DNA of 64,000 bases, taken from the IMG/VR virus record IMGVR_UViG_3300028920_002946, positions 1-64,000 of that record; one strand, given 5' to 3'. Every line of letters begins with the position of its first letter. Position 1 is the stretch's first letter. A program made the position numbers and the translations under genes. The DNA is from a virus. Shown here one piece after another: positions 57,565-64,000 of this stretch. A model generated the notes under the pieces. It saw nothing but the letters and a program-made list of their open reading frames with translations. It did no database searches and had not been told where the DNA came from.

Positions 57565-58014
57565 TCAGGCTTCGATGGCCCCCGGGCCGTCAAACTGCCC
57601 GAGGCCCTTTCGCTTCCTCTCCGCCCGGTGCTCGGACAACGCCTCGCTGAACTCCCTCCGGATCCCCTTGGACCTCTCGTCCCCCAAGGCCGCCATCGGC
57701 CTCAAGGTGCCGTCCTTGCCCCTCGGGACCTCAATCGGTACGGGCTTCAAACCGGCCCTTCTCTTGCCCTTCCGGCTCTCGAGGTACTCCCAGCGCCTGT
57801 CGGCGTCGGCGCCGATTGCCCTGTCAATCTCCTTGGGTGTCGTCAGGGTCTCGCCCGCGGCAACCTTGGACGCTATGCCGAAGGTCGTCGCCTCCACCCT
57901 CTTGGAGTCGGCCTTGCACTTCGGGCAGGGCCTCTCGTCGTCCCTCCTGTCGTAGGGGACAATCTCCTCGAACTCGTGTCTGCACCCGGCGCAGCGGTAG
58001 ACGTACAAAGGCAT
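57565..58014 (-). CDS. FmdB-family zinc-ribbon protein
   Basis: MPLYVYRCAGCRHEFE...PCPKC; start revised to MPLY (GGGAG upstream). Confidence 0.8.
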   Translation of the reverse strand: MPLYVYRCAGCRHEFEEIVPYDRRDDERPCPKCKADSKRVEATTFGIASKVAAGETLTTPKEIDRAIGADADRRWEYLESRKGKRRAGLKPVPIEVPRGKDGTLRPMAALGDERSKGIRREFSEALSEHRAERKRKGLGQFDGPGAIEA

Positions 58015-58095
58015 GTCGGCTCCCTTTCCATGTGGATTTATATATGTGGCGCACCCGCGCCGATAGACCAAACCTATTAGCAGATTATTCCCGCC

Positions 58096-59547
58096 CTAGA
58101 CATACCGCGGGTAGCCCACTTTGGGGTACTTCACCTCGAACTCCGTCCCCATCGGCGTAAGCTGGAGCTCGAACACGCGGTTATCGGGTGTTACGACGTA
58201 TTTGTTGGTCTTCAAGTACTCGTAGAGATTCTCGTCGAAGTCGAGGATCTCCCACAGGACGGGCACGAACTTCTTCCATTCCGTCATCATCTGCATCGAG
58301 AGGGACTGTATGTAGTGCAGATCGTTGGTGTTCGAGTCATACACGTTCTCGGACTCGCCGGCCTGGTCGAACTCCTCGAGGGTAAGCCCCTCGTCCACGA
58401 GCAGATATCTGCGGTTGTCCCAGATCTCGTTGATGAGGAAGTCGGCCATCTCGGCGGACTCCTCGGGGTGCCGCGAGAACGCGTCGATGTCGAAGTTCAT
58501 GGTGTGGTGGCCGCTGTACACGCTCGCCGACACCTGCCTCTCGGGGTAGACTATGACCACGACCTTGTCGCCCACCTCGATCTGGCTGTTGAAGCACAGG
58601 ACGGCGCCGGGTATGCTGGTGTCGTCGTAATGGAGGGGGTCGGGTATCGGGAAAGGCCCCGTGGAGGCCCCCACGTACCTGTAATCGGCGTACAACGTGT
58701 ACTTCACGGGCAGCGGCTCCAAGAACGTGATCAAGCCGCTCTCCGTGACCGTGTAGTCCGTGCCCCTCTCGAGGTATATCTTGTCGTCCAACCGCCCCTT
58801 GGTGATGTACAGCTTGTCGAAGTCCCCGAAAAGGCCCCCGTGATCGAGCTGGGCGGTCATCTCAAGGCCCGTCGTGGACTCTATGACCTCCTCCTTGAGC
58901 ACCTGCAGGAGCCTGTCGACCATGAAGTGCGTGCCGGCCCCCGTGGAGCCGGGGTCGACTATCTGGATGTAATACCGCCCCGGGGGGCTCATGATGCCGC
59001 GGTAGTAGGACACCGTGAGCGTGTCGCCGACGACAGGCGGCGTGTCGAGCACTATCATCCCCCTGGAGCCGTCGAGGTAGTCCGCATGCACGACATCGCC
59101 GTTCAGGAGCAGGTCGACTTGGCGGAAGTTGTCCGCCACCGTGTCGTTGTTCCAGCCGGCGAGGATGGGCTTGTGCTGGGTGTAGAAGAACCTGTTCGTG
59201 CCGTGCGTGGGCGTCCCGGTTATCTGCGCCGAAAGATCCTCGTCCTCGACCCGCTCGCTCGTCTTCTCGCGGTTCTCCCACACCCACTGCATGAATTTGC
59301 CGCCGTAGTTCCCCGCCCGCGCGAGGGCCACGTAGCTCTTCATGGTGAAGGCGAAGTCGTCGGGGGACAGCTTGATGCGCGACGTTGTGGCGTTGCGCAG
59401 GACGATGCCGCGCTCCGGCCTCTCGGTGTACGGGAACTTGTGGTACACCTCCGTGCCCCGGTAGTTGACGTGCTCGTTGATGGCGCTGCGCAGCTCGTAC
59501 ATGACGCGGCGCTTAACGGCCGTCAGCAGGTTCACATCCATCATCAT
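58096..59547 (-). CDS. Tail completion/terminator-like protein with inserted Ig-like domains
   Basis: 483 aa; position between neck and sheath genes; contains the Ig-like module also seen in the sheath. Confidence 0.5.
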   Translation of the reverse strand: MMMDVNLLTAVKRRVMYELRSAINEHVNYRGTEVYHKFPYTERPERGIVLRNATTSRIKLSPDDFAFTMKSYVALARAGNYGGKFMQWVWENREKTSERVEDEDLSAQITGTPTHGTNRFFYTQHKPILAGWNNDTVADNFRQVDLLLNGDVVHADYLDGSRGMIVLDTPPVVGDTLTVSYYRGIMSPPGRYYIQIVDPGSTGAGTHFMVDRLLQVLKEEVIESTTGLEMTAQLDHGGLFGDFDKLYITKGRLDDKIYLERGTDYTVTESGLITFLEPLPVKYTLYADYRYVGASTGPFPIPDPLHYDDTSIPGAVLCFNSQIEVGDKVVVIVYPERQVSASVYSGHHTMNFDIDAFSRHPEESAEMADFLINEIWDNRRYLLVDEGLTLEEFDQAGESENVYDSNTNDLHYIQSLSMQMMTEWKKFVPVLWEILDFDENLYEYLKTNKYVVTPDNRVFELQLTPMGTEFEVKYPKVGYPRYV

Positions 59548-59591
59548 GGCGCCGCGCCTTCCCTGGCATGGGTTTACGATAGGGTCTGGGG

Positions 59592-59604
59592 ATTAACAGA
59601 GAAT
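59592..59604 (-). promoter_or_regulatory. Degenerate copy of the late-promoter motif (ATTCTCTGTTAAT)
   Basis: Partial match, same orientation, about 45 nt upstream of 59547. Confidence 0.35.
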
Positions 59605-59615
59605 TACGGGACGAA

Positions 59616-59640
59616 GCGGGGCGCGGGTACTGCGCCCCGC
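59616..59640. terminator. GC-rich hairpin (9-bp perfect stem) after the Nudix gene
   Basis: gcggggcgc-gggtact-gcgccccgc; weak U-tract. Confidence 0.45.
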
Positions 59641-59710
59641 GCCCCTTGTGCCCGGTGAAAGGAGTAAGTCCGGGCGTATGGGCCCCCAGCGGAGGGGAGG
59701 CCCGAAAAAC

Positions 59711-60247
59711 CTATCCAAGCACGAGCCTCATGAACAGCATCGGCAGGAGCGGATCCTCGGCCTTGGCGACCTCGGACGGCTTGACCCACACGCACCTGGC
59801 CAAGGACTCCAAGTGGGACCCGTCGCCCTCGGCCTCGACCTCCTCGGCCTTGGCCGCGTCCACCGCGAAGAGATGGTACACCGTGTCCACGGATTTGGTG
59901 CCCCGGCAGGTCCCCAGCTTTCTCAGGGCCCCGGCGGGGGCCTTGAGGCCGCCCTCCTCGCGCAATTCCATGACGGCCGTCCCCAAGATGTCCTGCTTGC
60001 CGCCCTTCTTCTCGACGCCCCCGGTGATGGAACTCATTGCCTCGTCCATGCCCCAGCATGGGGTGACCTCCATCCTGACCATCACCTCGACGAGGTTGCC
60101 CCCCGGATCGACCCTGTAGGGCATTATGGACACTATGTCGCCATCGCAGCGCTTTTCATGAAGGTAGGAATACCCGTTCACGCCCTTCTCGGGTAGCACC
60201 AATTCCCGTAGTTCCACCCAATCGTTGCCGTATAGCTTCCGTATCAT
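59711..60247 (-). CDS. Nudix hydrolase
   Basis: GGVEK...TAVMELREEGGL Nudix-box variant; start revised to MIRKLYG. Confidence 0.8.
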   Translation of the reverse strand: MIRKLYGNDWVELRELVLPEKGVNGYSYLHEKRCDGDIVSIMPYRVDPGGNLVEVMVRMEVTPCWGMDEAMSSITGGVEKKGGKQDILGTAVMELREEGGLKAPAGALRKLGTCRGTKSVDTVYHLFAVDAAKAEEVEAEGDGSHLESLARCVWVKPSEVAKAEDPLLPMLFMRLVLG

Positions 60248-60257
60248 GGACACCCCT

Positions 60258-61262
60258 CTATTCATTCATGGCGGCTATGAGCAACCCCTTCGCCACGTCG
60301 TTGAGCGGGTCCTTCGCCATGCGTATCTCACTGATTTCTATGGGGAAGGAGGCCCTGTCATGCTCGAACTCCCTCTTGAAGAACTCGAGGAAGTTTCGGG
60401 CGAGGGCCGTGCCGCCGCTGATGACCCACGGTATCGGGTCGGTCAGCTCGATCGAGCCGCTGTCCTTCTTGAACTCCCTCTTGATGGCGTCGATGACATG
60501 GTGTATCAGGTTGCGGTAGTACACCACGATGGCCTCGCGCTCGCGGACGTTCTTGGGGTCGCCCGCCCCGGGGTCGAGGAGGTCGACGCCCTTCTCCTTG
60601 ATCGACATGATGCGCGTGGCGGTCGTCCCGACGGCTTTGGCGGCGCTCCCGTCGATCCAGTCGCCCGATTCGGAGAGGCTGAAGCTCATGCCCACCATGG
60701 TGCGGTAGACCAAAGAGGTGTTCACCATGCCGGCGCCGAAGCTGCTCGCCAGGGCCGTGAAGCCCTCCGGGGCGCAGTTCGAGTAGACGATGGCGGCCGC
60801 CTCGTTCATCGATGTGGCCTTGTACCCCAGGGACTCGATGATCTTCTTGAACATGGCCTCGTGGTAGATGACATCCATGTCCCTGTCGATCGCCTTCGCC
60901 GGGATCGAGTAGAACACCTTCTCGTCGTCCACGGAGGGGTCCTTCAAGATGGTCCGCAGGAGGATGACGAGCATCTTCTCCGCGTCCCGCTCCCCGGCCG
61001 ACATGACCCCCTTGCTCAAGGGGCGCCGGGCCTCGCGCTTGAGGAGGTTGGCCACGCTCATCGCCGGCTCGCCCACGATGTAGACGGTGTCCCCCTCCTG
61101 CACGTAGTTCACGTTCGACATCTTGAGCATGTTCAGGGTGGAGGCCTCCGCCTCTATGTCCAGGAAGGCGTCCCTCACCGACTCCACATGCACATCCGAC
61201 TGGTCGGACCCCCTCGAGGCGCAAGCCAAAAAGCAGGTACCGCAATCCAATCCGCGTGCCAT
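60258..61262 (-). CDS. Actin-like ATPase (MreB/MamK-like)
   Basis: Phosphate-1 GLDCGT, RRPLSKGV, connect-1 NEAAA, phosphate-2 variant SFGAG, SGDWID, adenosine ISGGT, connect-2 DPLNDVAKG. Confidence 0.85.
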   Translation of the reverse strand: MARGLDCGTCFLACASRGSDQSDVHVESVRDAFLDIEAEASTLNMLKMSNVNYVQEGDTVYIVGEPAMSVANLLKREARRPLSKGVMSAGERDAEKMLVILLRTILKDPSVDDEKVFYSIPAKAIDRDMDVIYHEAMFKKIIESLGYKATSMNEAAAIVYSNCAPEGFTALASSFGAGMVNTSLVYRTMVGMSFSLSESGDWIDGSAAKAVGTTATRIMSIKEKGVDLLDPGAGDPKNVREREAIVVYYRNLIHHVIDAIKREFKKDSGSIELTDPIPWVISGGTALARNFLEFFKREFEHDRASFPIEISEIRMAKDPLNDVAKGLLIAAMNE

Positions 61263-61276
61263 AACAATCTCCTTTC

Positions 61277-61963
61277 CTACGACTTACCCTTTTTCAGATC
61301 CTTCAAGGCCTTGAGGCTGTCGTCTATGTCGCTTCCGCCCTGCACCGTTCGCACATCGAGCTTGATGTGGGTGTTGGCGTCCTCGACGGAGACGGTCGGC
61401 ACGTAGACCTCCTCGGGCCTGGTCGGCCCCCCCGAACCTGATTCCCGGCCGTCCCCCGCCCGATCCAATATACTTTCCAAACGGTCGAGAATCGCAGTAT
61501 CCTTGGTGGAGGACTCCACCTTCTCGGCCAACTGCCTGAGGGACTCCTGCAGCGAGTCGCTCGCCCCCGATCCTGAAAGGCCCGATATCCTCTCCTCGAG
61601 CCTGCCTATGCGCTCCAGGAGGGCGTCCACGACACCCTGGTCGGTCTTGGGGCCGGACGACTCCCGCAGGGACGACTCCAGGGCCGTCATCCTCTCGAGG
61701 ACGAGGTCAAGCTTCGAGGTGTCCTGCGCCCGCCGCCGCGGGGCCGTCGACGTGGCGGGCAAATCGATCTCCCCGTCGATGTCGCCATACCGCTGAAGGA
61801 CGGTGATCCTGCCGGCCTTCTCGGCCCTCTTGAGGTCGTTCGACCTCGCGTACTGCGCGTTGGAGTAAATCTTCTGCTGCTTGTAATAAATCACGTCCCC
61901 GAGGTCGCTGACCTCCACCTTGTTCGGGTCGTTTCCTATTACAAGAATCATCCTGGCGGGCAT
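61277..61963 (-). CDS. Coiled-coil protein, candidate actin adaptor
   Basis: 228 aa; several heptad segments (LDLVLERMTALE, LLERIGRLEERI, LRQLAEKVE). Confidence 0.6.
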   Translation of the reverse strand: MPARMILVIGNDPNKVEVSDLGDVIYYKQQKIYSNAQYARSNDLKRAEKAGRITVLQRYGDIDGEIDLPATSTAPRRRAQDTSKLDLVLERMTALESSLRESSGPKTDQGVVDALLERIGRLEERISGLSGSGASDSLQESLRQLAEKVESSTKDTAILDRLESILDRAGDGRESGSGGPTRPEEVYVPTVSVEDANTHIKLDVRTVQGGSDIDDSLKALKDLKKGKS

Positions 61964-62030
61964 CTTATCTGTTGCGCGCGCCCCGGAGGGCGGGCGTCAT
62001 GTCTATATGGGCGGAGGATCCCGCGGCCGC

Positions 62031-62753
62031 CTACAGGTACTTCTTGGCGAGGTCGTCGATGTCTGCGCTCGCCTTCTTCGGGAACTCGAACTTCGGCGTC
62101 TGATCCTTCGGGAGGCTCGGCTTGCCGTCGTCGGGCTTGTCCTTCTTCTTGGGCTTCTTCTTCGGTTCCTCAACCTCCCCTTCGGCCTCCTCCGAAACCT
62201 CCTCCGAAACCTCCTCCGGGGCTTCCTCGTCCCCGTCGCCCGGCGCGGATTCGTCCTCCTCCCCGTCGCCCTCGTAATCGAGGTTGATCTCCTCCTCCTC
62301 GTCCGGCTCGGCCATCTCCTCCTTCTGCTCGTCGACGGGCTTGAAGATTTCCCCCCCGGAGTCGTCCTCGTCGCCCTCAGGCTTCTTCTTCGGCGGCTTC
62401 GGCACACCCTGCCCCTCGGGGGCCGGGACCGGTGTCTCCTCGACTGCCCCGGCCGGGACGGCCAGCGGGTCGTCGCCCTCGGCGGCCTCCACGTAGAACC
62501 GCTCGCTCATTTCCGTCGGCACGTACCTCATGTCGCCCTGGCAGGCCGGGCAGCCGATGACCTCGTTCACCGTGACCGGCTCGACATCCGGGATGCCCTC
62601 TGCCGCGGCGGCCTTGGCGCGCCTCGCGTTGATGGAGGCGAGGCTGGCGGTGTGGTTGCAGGACGCGCAAACGAAGTAGGAACTCTCGGCGGCTTCCTTG
62701 TCGATGGCGTCCGCTATCTCAAGCAGCTTCTGCGCGGCGGTCTTGCGATCCAT
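62031..62753 (-). CDS. Zinc-ribbon protein with a highly acidic tail
   Basis: CASC...CPAC, followed by a D/E-rich tract. Confidence 0.7.
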   Translation of the reverse strand: MDRKTAAQKLLEIADAIDKEAAESSYFVCASCNHTASLASINARRAKAAAAEGIPDVEPVTVNEVIGCPACQGDMRYVPTEMSERFYVEAAEGDDPLAVPAGAVEETPVPAPEGQGVPKPPKKKPEGDEDDSGGEIFKPVDEQKEEMAEPDEEEEINLDYEGDGEEDESAPGDGDEEAPEEVSEEVSEEAEGEVEEPKKKPKKKDKPDDGKPSLPKDQTPKFEFPKKASADIDDLAKKYL

Positions 62754-62815
62754 TTGTCAACTCCCTTGAATCCGTGGGTATATGCCCTGCATATCGATGC
62801 CTGCATGAATAGAAA

Positions 62816-62828
62816 ATTAATAGACATT
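62816..62828 (-). promoter_or_regulatory. Putative late-promoter motif variant AATGTCTATTAAT
   Basis: Core GTCTATTAAT intact; overlaps the upstream stop; heads the 62753-59711 gene run. Confidence 0.55.
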
Positions 62829-64000
62829 AATAAACAATGTTCTCGAACGTTACCGTCCTGCCCTTCAGCTGGTACTGCTCCGGTATCTCCGGCTTGTCCG
62901 GGATGGTCGGGCTGGCGTCGGTCGGCCTGCCCGTCCTGTAGGCGTTCCAGGCCGGCGGCACGCCGTCCTCGCCGCCCGTTATCGGCACCTTGTACCGGAC
63001 ATCGTTGTGGTCCAGCGGCGCCAGGTTGAAGTGCTGCTGGAAAATCGCCCCGCGCGCCCCCTGGGGGTTCACGTGGGCTATCGAGTAGCGGTCGTTGTTC
63101 TGGCGGACCACGAAGTCCCTGTCGTTGATGAGCGGGTACGGCCCCGTCCACGTGGTCCAGTCGTAGTTCACGTGCAGGCCGACGTCCATCAGCTCCACGA
63201 TCTTCTCCGTCTCCGGGGGCGCCACGAGGATGTCGTACGGGCCGTAGTAGCCGCCGACATAGCCCGTGCCGTAGCACCTCAGGCAGCTGGCCCTCCCCGT
63301 GCGGTACTCCTGGTCCCAGCAGGAGCACCTCTGGCCGGCCCAGCGCCGGATGAACAACCTCACCCGCTCGCCGCCCTGCTCGAGGATGAACCTGTTCCTG
63401 CGGATGGACTCGGCCCAAATCCAGTCGATCCGCTCCATGTCGTAGGGGTTCACGGGCACGGTCTCGGCGAGCGGGGTCTCCCTGCCCTCCCCCGTGTCGG
63501 GGTCAACGGCCACCGACGTGACCCGGTAGTAGATCTTGCGGTTGATGTCGGTCTGGATCCAATTGTTGATGTACGTGTACGTGACGCGTATCTCGCCCCC
63601 GCGCGCGAGGTCGGGCAGGATGGGGTCGTCCAATCGGTTCGTCGTGTGGTTGTAGACCTTGTTCTTGATGAGGAATATCTCGCCCGTCTCGCCCATGACC
63701 CTGAACGCCGGCACGACCTGCCAATCGGACGACGAGGTTTCCTTGATCCGGACAATGACGCTGTCGATGCCGTCGGCGACCTTGCCGTTCGTCCCCGGGA
63801 TGACGATGGGCTGGTGGTACGTCTTCACTATCCAGTCGCCCGTGGCGTTCGTCCCGGCGATGAAGCGGCCGCCGGCGACGGGGTCCTCGTCCACCACCTC
63901 GACCTCGCGCGTCTGGTCCCTGTAGAACATGACGCCGACGGGCGTCGCGTTCAGCTTCTCGTAGGGCGCGTCCGGGGCGTCGAACGCGCGGTACACGTTG
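62827..64000 (-). CDS. Neck/head-completion-like protein with a Zn-binding motif, 5' end beyond the window
   Basis: Frame is open to the window edge (..NVYRAFD, FN3-like, so the listed GTG is probably internal); RCSCWD...SCLRCYGTGYVGGY motif. Confidence 0.55.
   Translation of the reverse strand, partial: NVYRAFDAPDAPYEKLNATPVGVMFYRDQTREVEVVDEDPVAGGRFIAGTNATGDWIVKTYHQPIVIPGTNGKVADGIDSVIVRIKETSSSDWQVVPAFRVMGETGEIFLIKNKVYNHTTNRLDDPILPDLARGGEIRVTYTYINNWIQTDINRKIYYRVTSVAVDPDTGEGRETPLAETVPVNPYDMERIDWIWAESIRRNRFILEQGGERVRLFIRRWAGQRCSCWDQEYRTGRASCLRCYGTGYVGGYYGPYDILVAPPETEKIVELMDVGLHVNYDWTTWTGPYPLINDRDFVVRQNNDRYSIAHVNPQGARGAIFQQHFNLAPLDHNDVRYKVPITGGEDGVPPAWNAYRTGRPTDASPTIPDKPEIPEQYQLKGRTVTFENIVY

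Noticed and set aside
61964-62030. Further late-motif copy (gtctatat on the plus strand) and a small hairpin
   Set aside because: Only a partial match, in the wrong orientation, with a 5-bp stem; consistent with chance.

Overview
The window is one contiguous, high-GC, minus-strand virion morphogenesis region of what is most likely a large contractile-tailed (myovirus-like, probably jumbo) bacteriophage. Read in transcription order (right to left), it encodes: a partial neck/head-completion protein; an acidic Zn-ribbon protein; a coiled-coil protein; an MreB/MamK-like actin ATPase; a Nudix hydrolase; a tail-completion protein; an FmdB-type Zn ribbon; the tail sheath; an acidic protein; the tail tube; two chaperone-like genes; the tape measure; two tube-initiator-like proteins (one fused to a Tlde1/DUF2778-like L,D-transpeptidase-fold domain); hub; gp5/VgrG-like spike; a three-repeat putative spike tip; a 3220-aa protein; gp25-like and baseplate-J-like wedge proteins; a BNR-propeller baseplate protein; a PKD cluster; collagen-like fibres; and an ~11-kb mosaic array of beta-helix/propeller/LamG putative receptor-binding modules that share conserved ends. 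No capsid, portal, terminase, tRNA, CRISPR or integrase gene is visible. A capsid-less contractile system therefore cannot be formally excluded, and host and taxonomy cannot be assigned. The most interesting observations are: (1) an actin-like ATPase with acidic and coiled-coil partners downstream of a putative late promoter; (2) a recurring 13-bp motif, ATAGTCTATTAAT, at gene junctions; (3) a recombination-prone receptor-binding cassette array, including a 2.14-kb direct-repeat-flanked cassette; (4) a T6SS-effector-like Tlde1 domain on a baseplate protein; (5) a non-PAAR pseudo-three-fold spike-tip candidate. All function calls come from motif reading and gene order, with no database searches run. 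GC statements are by eye.
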